Source of the DNA: an uncultured Nitrososphaerota archaeon
Lineage (GTDB): Archaea > Korarchaeota > Korarchaeia > Korarchaeales > Korarchaeaceae
Assembly: GCA_964594835.1 (NCBI GenBank)
Contig: CAZQNA010000002.1
Location: forward strand, 128,001 to 192,000
DNA length: 64,000 bases
Direction: 5' to 3'
Position numbers and translations under genes: made by a program. The notes under the pieces were generated by a model. The model did not search any database and was not told the DNA's origin. It saw only the letters and a list, made by a program, of their open reading frames with translations. This document shows, piece after piece, positions 27,818 through 37,793 of the stretch (within the stretch, counting starts at the first letter, position 1; each line of letters begins with the position of its first letter).

Positions 27818-29106
27818 GCGCACCCGAGAGGATAGACCTTCCCCTGGAGGAACTCCCCCGAAGGTGGTACAACGTGACGGCGGACCTCCCGGATCTGCCG
27901 CCCTACGTCCACCCGGAGACCAGGGAGCCCCTCGGTCCCGAGGCGTTCGAGCCCCTGTTCCCGAGGGAGTGCGTCAGGCAGGAGTTCTCGAGGGAGAGGT
28001 TCATCGACATCCCCGAGGAGCTCAGGGAGCTCTACGTCAGGATAGGGAGGCCCACGCCCGTCTACAGGGCCAGGAGGTTGGAGCAGTACCTCAGGACGCC
28101 TGCCAGGATCTACTACAAGAGGGAGGACCTCAGCCCCACGGGGAGCCACAAGCTGAACACCGCCCTGGCCCAGGCCTTCTACGCGGCCAGGGAGGGGCTC
28201 GAGTACCTGACCACCGAGACCGGCGCGGGGCAGTGGGGCTCCGCCCTGTCGCTCGCGACTGCCCTGAACGGGATAGGGGCCCTGGTGTTCATGGTCAGGG
28301 TCTCCTACAACCAGAAGCCCTACAGGAAGTACGTCATGAAGCTCTACGGGGCCGAGGTGGTTCCCTCCCCGAGCGAAAGGACCCGCGCGGGCAGGAGGTT
28401 CCTGGAGGAGGACCCTGACCACCCCGGCTCGCTGGGGATAGCGATAAGCGAGGCGATAGAGGCCGCCATGTCCTACGAGGGTGCGAAGTACTCGCTGGGA
28501 AGCGTCCTCCACCACGTGCTCCTTCACCAGACCGTGATAGGCGAGGAGGCCAGGAGGCAGATGGAGATCGCCGAGGAGGAGGTGGACGTTCTCATCGGCT
28601 GCGTCGGCGGGGGAAGCAACTTCGCTGGCCTCACGTTCCCCTTCGTAAGGGACGTCCTGGAGGGGAGGGCCAGCTACAGGGTCATAGCGGCTGAGCCCAC
28701 TGCCTGCCCCTCCCTGACCGGGGGGGAGTACAGGTACGACTTCGGAGACGCGGCGGGCACGACTCCGCTGATAATGATGTACACCCTGGGCCACGACTTC
28801 GTCCCGCCCCCGATACACGCCGGCGGGCTGAGGTACCACGGGGCCGCCCCCACAGTCTCGCTGCTGAGGAGGAAGGGGGTGATCGAGCCCGTGGCCTACC
28901 CGCAGGAGGAGGTCTTCGAGGCCGCCAGGATCTTCGCGATGACCGAGGGGCTGATACCGGCTCCGGAGACCTCCCACGCAGTGAAGGCCGCCGTGGAGGA
29001 GGCCCTAAGGGCGAAGAGGGAGGGAAGGGAGGAGGTCATACTCTTCAACTACTCCGGGCACGGCTTCCTGGACCTGCAGGGCTACGCTCAGGTGCTGGGG
29101 CTCTGA
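27814..29106 (+). CDS. trpB2: tryptophan synthase beta chain type 2 (TrpB2)
   Basis: GSHKLN (PLP Lys), [29 protein letters not shown]. Confidence 0.95.
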   Translation: MSAPERIDLPLEELPRRWYNVTADLPDLPPYVHPETREPLGPEAFEPLFPRECVRQEFSRERFIDIPEELRELYVRIGRPTPVYRARRLEQYLRTPARIYYKREDLSPTGSHKLNTALAQAFYAAREGLEYLTTETGAGQWGSALSLATALNGIGALVFMVRVSYNQKPYRKYVMKLYGAEVVPSPSERTRAGRRFLEEDPDHPGSLGIAISEAIEAAMSYEGAKYSLGSVLHHVLLHQTVIGEEARRQMEIAEEEVDVLIGCVGGGSNFAGLTFPFVRDVLEGRASYRVIAAEPTACPSLTGGEYRYDFGDAAGTTPLIMMYTLGHDFVPPPIHAGGLRYHGAAPTVSLLRRKGVIEPVAYPQEEVFEAARIFAMTEGLIPAPETSHAVKAAVEEALRAKREGREEVILFNYSGHGFLDLQGYAQVLGL

Positions 29107-29155
29107 GCCCGGGCCCCGCCTCAAACCTTTTTTCTCCGGACGCGACCTAGGGCCG

Positions 29156-29893
29156 ATGGACTTCCCCACCCCTGAGGACGCCATCATGGCCGCTTGCGGG
29201 GGGAGGGGGATCCCGTCCGGACCCGCCCTCGACGTGGGGTGCGGGAGGGGGAGGAGCACCCTGGCGCTGTATAGGGTCCTCGGCCGGCTGGTCGTCGGGG
29301 TTGACATGGACGTGGGGGCCCTCCGGGAGGCGAGTGCTGGCCGGTCAGCCGGGCGGGCGGAGCTCGTAAGGGCCGAAGCGTCTCGGCTCCCCTTCCGAGA
29401 CTCCTCCTTCTCCCTAGCCCTCCTCTTCCTGACGCTGCACGAGCTCGGGGCCGACGCCGTGAAGGAGGCGCTGGCCGAGGTGAGGAGGGTCCTGAGGCCC
29501 GGGGGGATCCTAACCCTGGTCGACAAGTGCAGGGTCTCCGGCCTGAGGCCGAGCGAGATGATCCCCCTCCTCACCGAGGAGGCCTACCACGGGGCGAGGG
29601 AGATCGTCACGGGGGAGAGGTCGGTGGGGGTCCTGTCCCCTCGGGGGGTCGTAGAGCTGGTCGAGTCGGCGGGGTTCTCCCTTGAGAAGCTCGGGGTGGG
29701 GAGGCTCGGGAGGTGGCTGGATCCCGACGAGTTCCTGTCGGCGTGGGGCAGGAAGACGAGGGGGTACCTCAGGGAGGCCGAGGGCAGGGAGGGCGTCGGG
29801 AGGATCGAGGCGCTGGTGAGGAGGATAGAGGACCTCGCCAGGAGGCACGGCTACGGCCCCGCTCCAGTTGTGGTGGCCAGATTCGCGAGATAA
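29156..29893 (+). CDS. class I SAM-dependent methyltransferase
   Basis: ALDVGCGRG, VGVD, LPFRDSSF, RVLRPGG. Confidence 0.88.
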   Translation: MDFPTPEDAIMAACGGRGIPSGPALDVGCGRGRSTLALYRVLGRLVVGVDMDVGALREASAGRSAGRAELVRAEASRLPFRDSSFSLALLFLTLHELGADAVKEALAEVRRVLRPGGILTLVDKCRVSGLRPSEMIPLLTEEAYHGAREIVTGERSVGVLSPRGVVELVESAGFSLEKLGVGRLGRWLDPDEFLSAWGRKTRGYLREAEGREGVGRIEALVRRIEDLARRHGYGPAPVVVARFAR

Positions 29894-30000
29894 CTGCCAT
29901 CCAGCGGGCGTGAGCTCCATGGGGGCAGTTGCCCAGCCGGACGCGGTGCGCACGCGGCTTAATACGGAGCGGTCAAGGGGTCGTCGGCGGGGTGAGACCC

Positions 30001-31029
30001 ATGGTCGACCTCTACATGAAGGACCTTGTCACGACCCAGGAGTGGACGATGGACGAGATCGAGGAGGCCCTGAGGGTCGCCACGAGGTACAAGCAGATCG
30101 GGAGGGCGGGCAAGGAGTTTCCGCCCGTCCTGAAGAACAAGAACTTCTTCATGGTGTTCTTCGCGCCCTCCACCAGGACCAGGGGCGCGTTCGAGGCCGG
30201 GGCCACCCTCCTGGGTGGGCACGGGGTCTACGTGGACGTGAGCACCACCAGGCTGGGCGCCGGGGAGGCTGTGAAGGACGTCGCCAAGATGTACGACATC
30301 TACGCCCACGGCATCGGCGTGAGGCTCCTGGACAAGGTGATAGACTTCAAGTACGGCACCGGCAACCCAGTGATAAGGGAGTTCGCCCGGGTGGCGAGGA
30401 AGCCAGTCATCAACATGGCCGACGACATGTTCCACCCGACCCAGGGGCTCGGAGACATAATGGTCATGAGGGAGAGGCTCAGGAGGCTCCAGGGCAAGAA
30501 GTTCGTGGTCATGTGGGCCTACGCCTCCAAGATCAGGGGCCCGTGCAGCATACACGCCGACCTGCTCATAGCCAGCAGGTTCGGGATGGACGTCGTCCTG
30601 GCGCACCCGCCCGGGTTCGAGCTCGACCCCAAGGTGATGGACTGGGTGAGGGAGAACGCCAGGGAGAGCGGAGGGAGCTTCGAGATAGTGAACGACTACA
30701 GGGAGGCCCTCAAGGGCGCCCACGCCGTCTTTCCGAGGAGCTGGCACACCTGGCAGCTGGGGCAGGTTGGGCTGTCCCAGTTCGGCCTGGAGAGGGAGCT
30801 TGAGATCCACAGGAAGTACAGGGACTGGATGCTGACCCAGGAACTCGTTGACGACCTGATGGAGCCCGGGGCCATAGTGACCCACGTCCTCCCCGTGTTC
30901 AGGGGCGAGGAGGCGACCGACGAGGTCATGGACGGCCCCAACTCCGTCATATACGAGCAGGCGGAGGACAACCTCTACGCCAAGATGGCGGTCATGGCGC
31001 TGACCATGAACGGAGACCCGGGCGTGTGA
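30001..31029 (+). CDS. transcarbamylase, AOTCase/YgeW-like, substrate uncertain
   Basis: STRTR and HPTQ carbamoyl-phosphate motifs; WAY, FPRSW and HVLP instead of OTCase DxxxSMG/HCLP. Confidence 0.82.
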   Translation: MVDLYMKDLVTTQEWTMDEIEEALRVATRYKQIGRAGKEFPPVLKNKNFFMVFFAPSTRTRGAFEAGATLLGGHGVYVDVSTTRLGAGEAVKDVAKMYDIYAHGIGVRLLDKVIDFKYGTGNPVIREFARVARKPVINMADDMFHPTQGLGDIMVMRERLRRLQGKKFVVMWAYASKIRGPCSIHADLLIASRFGMDVVLAHPPGFELDPKVMDWVRENARESGGSFEIVNDYREALKGAHAVFPRSWHTWQLGQVGLSQFGLERELEIHRKYRDWMLTQELVDDLMEPGAIVTHVLPVFRGEEATDEVMDGPNSVIYEQAEDNLYAKMAVMALTMNGDPGV

Positions 31030-31065
31030 CCCAGTCTCCTCCCCTCACTTTTCCGCCCTACGGGC

Positions 31066-31542
31066 TCAGCCGCCCGGCGTCCCGTGGAAGAGGGCATCGA
31101 ACCACATCAAGTGCGCGAGGTCCTGATCCATGAAGGTCTCAGGCTCCACCACCAGCCTCTGAATCCCCAGCAGGAGGGCGTGGTGGCGCCGCTCGTCCCC
31201 GAGGATGTACTCGATCAGGAGCCTGAGCTTCTCGTCCTCCAGCCCCTTCAGGATCTCCGAGTACCGCTCCATGGCCTCCCTCTCCATCTCGATGTGTCTC
31301 TCTATGGCCCCCCTGATGGCGTCGCGCTCCTCCTCCGTGAGGAGGGGCGTGGAGCCCGCCATCCTGGCCTCGATGGCCGAGAGAATGTTCTCGTGCTTCA
31401 TCGAGTCGAGGGCTATCCCCCTTATGAGCTCCCTCACCAGGGGGTTCTTCACCCGCTCGACGGACTCGTTCGCCTGGGAGACGATCTCCCTCTCAAGGGC
31501 CTTCTGCCTCCCGACGAACCTCAGGAACTCCTCCCGCTCCAC
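31066..31542 (-). CDS. ferritin-like (rubrerythrin-type four-helix) protein
   Basis: DSMKH and DERRHH di-iron-type motifs in repeated helices. Confidence 0.8.
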   Translation of the reverse strand: MEREEFLRFVGRQKALEREIVSQANESVERVKNPLVRELIRGIALDSMKHENILSAIEARMAGSTPLLTEEERDAIRGAIERHIEMEREAMERYSEILKGLEDEKLRLLIEYILGDERRHHALLLGIQRLVVEPETFMDQDLAHLMWFDALFHGTPGG

Positions 31543-31669
31543 TCAATCCACCTGAGTCACCGTCGAGGCGGTCGGCCTTAAGGCGCGCGAGCTTGGGCGG
31601 GCGGCCGAGGGCCGGGACCGGGGCGGTACCCGTTATTACTTGTCCAGCCACCCAGGCGCCGGGTCGGGA

Positions 31670-32257
31670 ATGGCCAGGGTGGCCATCACGAGGAGGTCCG
31701 CGCTCGTCATAGTGGACGTGCAGAGGGACTTCATGCCCGGCGGGGCGCTCCCCGTGCCCAACGGGGACGAGGTCGTGCCGGTGCTCAACTCCTACATCGA
31801 GCTGTTCGACAGGCTGGGGAGGCCCGTGGTGGCGACGAGGGACTGGCACCCCCCGAACCACATCAGCTTCAGACCCAGGGGGCCCTGGCCGCCCCACTGC
31901 GTTCGGGGCACGGAGGGGGCCGAGTTCCACCCTGACCTCAGGCTCCCGGCGGGGACCATAGTGGTGTCCAAGGCGACCGAGCCGGGCAGGGAGGCGTACT
32001 CCGGCTTCGAGGGAACCGACATGGCCGAGGGGCTCAGGGCCCTCGGGGTGAGGAGGCTGTTCGTGGGCGGGGTGGCCACCGACTACTGCGTGAGGGCCAC
32101 CGTGCTGGACGGGCTCCGGCTGGGCTTCGAGGTCTTCGTCCTGACCGACGCGATAAGGGGCGTAGACGTGAATCCGGGGGACAGCGAGCGGGCCCTGGAA
32201 GAGATGCTGAGGTCCGGAGCCGTGCTGGTGGAGCTGGGGGAGGTGACGGCGCCCTGA
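31670..32257 (+). CDS. pncA: nicotinamidase/pyrazinamidase
   Basis: VDVQRDF, DWHPPNH, WPPHC, GVATDYCV. Confidence 0.93.
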   Translation: MARVAITRRSALVIVDVQRDFMPGGALPVPNGDEVVPVLNSYIELFDRLGRPVVATRDWHPPNHISFRPRGPWPPHCVRGTEGAEFHPDLRLPAGTIVVSKATEPGREAYSGFEGTDMAEGLRALGVRRLFVGGVATDYCVRATVLDGLRLGFEVFVLTDAIRGVDVNPGDSERALEEMLRSGAVLVELGEVTAP

Positions 32258-32269
32258 GATCCGAGGAGG

Positions 32270-32698
32270 CTATCCTCTAGGCTCCCCGAGCCTCCACCCG
32301 CCGGCGACCCTGCCCACGCCCCTCCTGCCGAGCTCCCTAGCCCGCCGGAGGAGCCCAGAGATACCGGCCTCGTCCAGGAGCAAGATCCCCTCCTGAAGAG
32401 CGTCTAGAAGTATGGAGGAGTACGGGAGCAGCCTCTCCGCCTCATCAGGCGTGAACCAGTGCACGTCCGCCGGTATCCTGGAGGACCTCAGGGCCCCGAC
32501 CAGCCTGTCCCTGACCCTCGGGTCCTCGGCGATGAGCAGGATGTCGAAGTCGCTGGCTGCGGCGGCCTCCCCCCTGGCCCAGGAGCCGAAGAGCACGACC
32601 GATGCTCCGGATCCGCTGAGGGACCCGATCACGCCTCGGAGGGACCTCAGTCTCCTCTCAGCCCTCCTCTCGGCCGACCTCGAGAACCCCCTCAGCAT
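32270..32698 (-). CDS. minimal nucleotidyltransferase (MNT)
   Basis: VVLFGSWARGEAAAASDFDILLI. Confidence 0.88.
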   Translation of the reverse strand: MLRGFSRSAERRAERRLRSLRGVIGSLSGSGASVVLFGSWARGEAAAASDFDILLIAEDPRVRDRLVGALRSSRIPADVHWFTPDEAERLLPYSSILLDALQEGILLLDEAGISGLLRRARELGRRGVGRVAGGWRLGEPRG

Positions 32699-33056
32699 AC
32701 CGCAGGATCACCTCCGCGCACTCCACCGCCCGTTCGGCCTCCTCCCTGGTGTACTCCCCCACCCTGGCGTCCGGGTACCTCGCCTGGACGTAGTGCTCCT
32801 CTATTCCGGAGCACCCGGAGACCTCCCCGGGCACCTCTGCTATCTCGGAGATGGCCTCGAGTAGTTCAGTTATGGAGTGAGTCAGTGGCTTGTAGCCGGT
32901 CTTCCCTATGAGCACGGCCTTGAGGGCCATCTCCGCGGCCTGCTGGGCCGAGAAGGCTGCAATGTCGTAGTACCCCTCCTCAAGATCCCTCCTCGCCACC
33001 TCGGCGAACCTCCTGGCCTTTCTTAGCCAGGAGAGGGCGATCGCCCTGAGCCCCAT
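32658..33056 (-). CDS. HEPN domain protein
   Basis: AAFSAQQAAEMALKA...THSI...HYVQARYPD. Confidence 0.9.
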   Translation of the reverse strand: MGLRAIALSWLRKARRFAEVARRDLEEGYYDIAAFSAQQAAEMALKAVLIGKTGYKPLTHSITELLEAISEIAEVPGEVSGCSGIEEHYVQARYPDARVGEYTREEAERAVECAEVILRYAEGVLEVGREEG

Positions 33057-33155
33057 CCCGAGGGGGTGCCGCGGGTGAATTAAAACGCTCCTTCAGGGGT
33101 GCCGCGGAAACCTTATTCCTTGCACGCCCTCAGCGCCTCAGAGGGGAGGGAGACC

Positions 33156-33599
33156 ATGAGGCTGGCTCTCCTCGCGGTCGTCCTCCTCCTGATATCCGCC
33201 GGAGTCGGGTACTACTTCCTCCTGGGGCCCGGCGCGGAGCCCCGCCTCTCCGTCGAGTCCGTGTCCTCCGGCGCCAGGCTCGTCAGGGAGGACGGGGTCG
33301 TCGCGGTGGAGGTCCCCCACGGGACGAGGTTCTCGGTCACCTTCAGGATCGAGCGCGGGAAGAGGGGGGACAGGGTGGTCTGCTACTGCGAGACCCTCAA
33401 CGGCGGGCCCCACCCGGGCAAGGGGCGGGAGTGCGGGTCCGACTGCATCCTCAGGGAGGGCGAGCTCTGCGTGTCCGACGGGTGGTACGCCGACGCCCCC
33501 CCTGGGACGGAGATGGGACTCGCCTGCTACGTTCTGAGGGACGGGCGGAGGATTGAGGGGAGCAGGCTCGACCTGCTGATGAGGTCGACCGCGCCCTGA
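33156..33599 (+). CDS. membrane-anchored Cys-rich small protein
   Basis: N-terminal hydrophobic anchor, six Cys in a beta-rich domain. Confidence 0.6.
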   Translation: MRLALLAVVLLLISAGVGYYFLLGPGAEPRLSVESVSSGARLVREDGVVAVEVPHGTRFSVTFRIERGKRGDRVVCYCETLNGGPHPGKGRECGSDCILREGELCVSDGWYADAPPGTEMGLACYVLRDGRRIEGSRLDLLMRSTAP

Positions 33600-34123
33600 G
33601 CGACCGGCGGGGCCGGCGAGCCCCCTGCTTCCACCCATCCCAACTCGGAAGGGAGCGCGGAGGTGCTCGCCTCCTGCTCCCTCCTGACCCCGGCCCAGAT
33701 CTCCACGACCTCCGGGATCACCTCCTCCACCAGCCTGTCTTCGGGCTCCCCAAGCCTCAGGCCCGGGCACCTGGGGTCCGCGTAGACGTACCAGGTCCTC
33801 CCGAGGTGCTCGAACCTGGCCAGGTCCCGGCGGCCGTGCTCGGGCTCCCTGCTCACGCTGAAGGGCCAGACCTTGCACGCCCTGGGCTTCAGCCCGAGGG
33901 GCTGGAGGAGGCACCTCCCGTCACCCGACAGGAAGGCGCACCTCCCGCCAACCCTGGCCAGGTAGGGCCTGCCTCCCCTGACCTCGACGGCCCACTCTCC
34001 CACGATTTTGGCGATGGAGACGGCCTCGTCGGGCCTAAGGGGGATCCTGAACCGGGTGCAGCACGCCCCGCAGGCGAGGCACCTCCAGTCCGCCACGAGC
34101 CTCCAGGGCACGAGGCGGCGCAA
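33527..34123 (-). CDS. YkgJ-family CxxCxxCC cysteine-cluster protein
   Basis: CLACGACC...CAFL...C...KPRACKVWPF...CPG. Confidence 0.88.
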   Translation of the reverse strand: MRRLVPWRLVADWRCLACGACCTRFRIPLRPDEAVSIAKIVGEWAVEVRGGRPYLARVGGRCAFLSGDGRCLLQPLGLKPRACKVWPFSVSREPEHGRRDLARFEHLGRTWYVYADPRCPGLRLGEPEDRLVEEVIPEVVEIWAGVRREQEASTSALPSELGWVEAGGSPAPPVAQGAVDLISRSSLLPSILRPSLRT

Positions 34124-34325
34124 GGTGCACCCTCCCCTCCTGCACGTGGCGCCCCCGGCCCATAAGGGTTCCGATCCGCGACTCCGGCTCCCAGATCCTC
34201 TGGTGGCGGATTATAGCGGGACAGTCTGACGTCTTCCGTTCTCTGGGGACGAATTTCACAAATCATGCTGAAAATGGAAAATTCGTTGAGATGGATTTAT
34301 CTCCTGCCAACCTTCACCCTGCCTT

Positions 34326-36824
34326 ATGAGGATCGGCGCCTCGGCGTCGCTCCTCCTCGCCGCCCTCCTGCTGGCCTCAGCGATTCCTCAGGCCGTCTCG
34401 GCCCCTCCGGGCGGTTACTGCTCCGGTCGGGTGCTCTACGACCTGGCCCACCGCGAGTCCCTCGGCAGGTACACCGACGGAATGGACTGCGGGATCTCGG
34501 TCCCGGAGCTCCTCGAGGAGTGGGGCTGCTCCGTCGATCTGAACCACGAACCCCTTGATCAGGTCAACCTGAGCCAATACGACCTCCTGGTGATATACTC
34601 TCCCTGGGAGGAATTCAGCCCGGCTGAGAGGGCGGCCATAGAGGAGTACGTGAGGCGAGGGGGGAGCCTCCTGCTGCTGGCGGACACCCAGTTCCACTAC
34701 GGGAACCGGGCCCCGAACCAGGTCGCCGGGGAGTTCGGCGCAGGGTTCGACGGGGACGAGGTTGAGGCCTGCCGGATCTCCGCGCCATACCACCCGATCG
34801 CCTTCGACCTAGACGACGGGGACCTCTTCAACCCCTTCCTGCTGTGGGACGCCTACGTGAACTCGACGCCGAAACAGGCCGAGGTGGTGGTGAGGTCGCA
34901 GCCCGGGGCGAGGGCGCTGGCAGCGGCCGGGAACGAGTCCATCAGGGCACTCGCGAAGTCGGGTGGGTCGCTCATGGCAATGGTCGCCTTCAGGCACGGA
35001 CTCGGCAAGGTGGTGCTGGGCCCGAGGAACGGGCTGGGCCAGCCCACGGGAGGGCCGTGGTACAACAGGCCGGGCGAGGAGAACCGGGTCCTGGCCGCGA
35101 CCGTCAAGTGGCTCACGGACAAGGACTCGTGGCTGGTGAGGCTGATCTACGACTACTTCCCGGTGCTCATGTTCTCTCGGGGGGAGAGGTGGTACCCGAC
35201 AAGCTTCTACTTCGACGGCGATGCCGATCTGATGAACAACTACGAGAACTACCACGAGGGGGCGCCCTACTACGTTTACGTGCACGTGGCGAACGCGACG
35301 ATAGTCTACAGGGACAACTGCAGGTGGGTAGGCGCTCCGCAGTGGTCGCCCCCGCGGTGCGACGTCGTGGAGAGGGAGGGGATAGCCGTGGAGTACTGGT
35401 TCTACAGCGTGTACAACTACCACCCCGGAAGAATTATTGTTGATAAGGATGTTCACGAGCACGAGTGGGAGAGCGTCTTCGTGTTCTTCACAAACGAGTC
35501 TGGTCAAATGGTTCCCGTCGGCGTGAGGTACAACAGGCACAAATGGCCGAGGTCGGTCTCTTGGGACGACTTGCGAGAGTACGGCGCGCTTGTAGATGAC
35601 ACCCACCCAATAGTTCATGTCGCCAATGGGTCTCACGCGTCCTATGCGCCGTTTGAATCAAGTCGGTTTGATAAGTGGTACCCAGGAGGTCTTATTCTCT
35701 CTTGGGAAGACTTGGGCGACACTTTGAGCATGATTTTAATGCACGCGCGGAAAACCGAGGTTCCGGGGTCAGGAAAGCTTTACTGCGTCCCATCGCCACT
35801 TGGCCGGTTTTGTACGTGGGTAACTAAGTGGAAGGTCATGCATGAGACTCTCAATGGGTCGACACAGTCAGAGATGAAAAGTAAAGGTCTCTGGCTCGAT
35901 AAGTTTGTAGGGAATAACAGTGAGAAGGTTGGTTGGCTTTACTGGTACCTCTCTGCACCATGGGCGAGAGAAGCTTGGAGCCTTGCTGAACTCAACCTGG
36001 GATACCAGCCGGTCAGGCTCAACTTTTTCGTTGCCTGTCCTGTCGACCTCCACATCTATGACCCGCTCGGCAGGCACGTCGGCCTCAACTACACGACCGG
36101 GGAGCTGGAGCTCCAGATCCCGAATGCCACCTACGAGGTCTCGGGGAACGTCACGCACGTGATGATCGACTGGGCGATGGACGGAGAGTACAGGATAGAG
36201 CTCGTCGCTAGAGGAAGTGGGAATTACACATTCCTTGCGGTCGAGTCCGTCGGCGGGGTCGTGACCGACTACGTCGTGGAGACTGGCAACGTGACCGAGG
36301 GAGAGAACATAACCTACAAGTTCTCGACCGCAAATCTCAACGCCACCCTGAGCTTCCTGCCTGGAGAGGTGAGGCCGAGGATGCCCACCCTGGCGAACGT
36401 GACGCTGGTGAACTCCGGGACCGTGAACATCACGTGGGTCAACGTCACTCACCTCCTGCCTGAAGGATATGTCAGGTACGTGGATCACGCATCCGCGTTC
36501 TTGGAGGTCAACGGATCAGTCTACCTGATCCACCCCAGGGACGTGCGAGTGGAGGCCGAGGGTAGCGTCGTGAGGGTATACCTGAACTTCACCTCCGGCG
36601 TGAGGCTCATCGGGCCGGGAGGGGTGAGGGAGATTCACGCCCTTGAGCCCGGCTGGGTCCTGAGGCTGTACTACCTCATTAGGCCAAGTGGATACGTAGA
36701 ACCTGGGAGCCACGAATCTACGGTTATAGTGGAGTACCTTCAGGAGTTCACTGGGGCCATGGCGAGCAGGCTCTCCACTGCGTCTGCGGAGCTGATGGTG
36801 AGGTCAGGGAGGTGGTGCCCTTAG
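34326..36824 (+). CDS. exported multidomain protein: DUF4350/GATase-like + Vps62/NPP1-like + Ig-like domains
   Basis: Signal peptide; VLYDLAH...YVRRGGSLLLLAD; YFPVL...WYPTS, EYWFYSVYN, HEHEWE, HPIVHVANGSHASY; ACPVDLHIYDPLGRHVG; many N-x-S/T sequons. Confidence 0.7.
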   Translation: MRIGASASLLLAALLLASAIPQAVSAPPGGYCSGRVLYDLAHRESLGRYTDGMDCGISVPELLEEWGCSVDLNHEPLDQVNLSQYDLLVIYSPWEEFSPAERAAIEEYVRRGGSLLLLADTQFHYGNRAPNQVAGEFGAGFDGDEVEACRISAPYHPIAFDLDDGDLFNPFLLWDAYVNSTPKQAEVVVRSQPGARALAAAGNESIRALAKSGGSLMAMVAFRHGLGKVVLGPRNGLGQPTGGPWYNRPGEENRVLAATVKWLTDKDSWLVRLIYDYFPVLMFSRGERWYPTSFYFDGDADLMNNYENYHEGAPYYVYVHVANATIVYRDNCRWVGAPQWSPPRCDVVEREGIAVEYWFYSVYNYHPGRIIVDKDVHEHEWESVFVFFTNESGQMVPVGVRYNRHKWPRSVSWDDLREYGALVDDTHPIVHVANGSHASYAPFESSRFDKWYPGGLILSWEDLGDTLSMILMHARKTEVPGSGKLYCVPSPLGRFCTWVTKWKVMHETLNGSTQSEMKSKGLWLDKFVGNNSEKVGWLYWYLSAPWAREAWSLAELNLGYQPVRLNFFVACPVDLHIYDPLGRHVGLNYTTGELELQIPNATYEVSGNVTHVMIDWAMDGEYRIELVARGSGNYTFLAVESVGGVVTDYVVETGNVTEGENITYKFSTANLNATLSFLPGEVRPRMPTLANVTLVNSGTVNITWVNVTHLLPEGYVRYVDHASAFLEVNGSVYLIHPRDVRVEAEGSVVRVYLNFTSGVRLIGPGGVREIHALEPGWVLRLYYLIRPSGYVEPGSHESTVIVEYLQEFTGAMASRLSTASAELMVRSGRWCP

Positions 36825-37540
36825 GCCTCAGGGACATGTGGCTGGAGCTCAGGGCCGAGCTGGAGGGGATGGAGAGGGTCGCGCTGGCCGGATTCTTGGG
36901 CCCGGCGCTCATCCTGGCCTTGGTTGCGATCACCGACCCACTGGCCTTCCTCCTCACACCATTCCCACTGTTTCTGGCCTCTCTGGCCTCTAGAGAGAGC
37001 GACAGGACCGGCCCGGCCATAGCGCTGGGAGCCCTGCTAGGATACCTGCTGCTGACGGCCTTCTCCCTCTCCCCCCTCTACCCTCCATTCTATCGCTGGG
37101 TGAACCGTGGCGCCCCGGCGCCCAAGGTGGAGAGCATCCCCCTCTCCTGCAGGGTCTGCTCCCCATCCCTCTTCGCGCTACTCTGGGCGTTCGCGGCGTA
37201 TATCATAATCGCGCTTGAGGCGGTCCCCCTCCTGGCAGCCTGGGTCGCCCTGTCCGCCTACCCCGCCTATATCGCCAGGTCCAGGTTCAGGCGCGTGCCG
37301 AGGCTCCTGCTCATCATGTACTCCCTGACCCTCCTCGGCAACGCCCTGGCCTGCGCACTCTGCCTCCCCGTGTGGCTCGAGGAGCCCCCTCTCTTCTCGG
37401 CGCTGGCGGCCCTGGATCCCGCCGCCTCCGTCACCCTGGCCGCAGCCTGCCTGTGGAGGGCTAGGAATGGGGGAGGTCAGGACCTGCTGGCGTTCCTGAC
37501 GTTCTACTCGCTGATCGGCACCATAAGGTGGTTGATGTGA
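36812..37540 (+). CDS. paralogous multi-TM membrane protein, copy A
   Basis: Overlaps upstream stop; family motifs SDRxGPAIxLGALLGY, SPLYPP, LSCRxC, SAYPAY...RFRRVPRLL. Confidence 0.8.
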   Translation: MVPLGLRDMWLELRAELEGMERVALAGFLGPALILALVAITDPLAFLLTPFPLFLASLASRESDRTGPAIALGALLGYLLLTAFSLSPLYPPFYRWVNRGAPAPKVESIPLSCRVCSPSLFALLWAFAAYIIIALEAVPLLAAWVALSAYPAYIARSRFRRVPRLLLIMYSLTLLGNALACALCLPVWLEEPPLFSALAALDPAASVTLAAACLWRARNGGGQDLLAFLTFYSLIGTIRWLM

Positions 37541-37793
37541 GCGCCTGGACATTCCTCTCCCGCCGTGGCGAGTCTCTGCGCGATCGACCGCTTTCACGCT
37601 CTGCGCTAGGGAATCTCCGAGGGCCGCGGCGTCGAGAGAGCTTCACACAGCCGCTCACCATCCCTGCGCGCGGCATGTCTGGCTCTGGCATGCGCACAAT
37701 CGACCCCCTCGCGAGTGGACGAGGGAGCGACAGCAGGGCCGCTCGGCGAGCGGAGGTTCACGTGGACCCCGTCATCACGCACCGAACTGGGGG

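Noticed and set aside
29892-29930. Hairpin AACTGCC...GGCAGTT after the methyltransferase stop
   Set aside because: Single 7-bp stem in GC-rich DNA without a U-tract; insufficient evidence for function
30001-31029. Assignment as argF
   Set aside because: Lacks the DxxxSMG and HCLP ornithine-binding signatures
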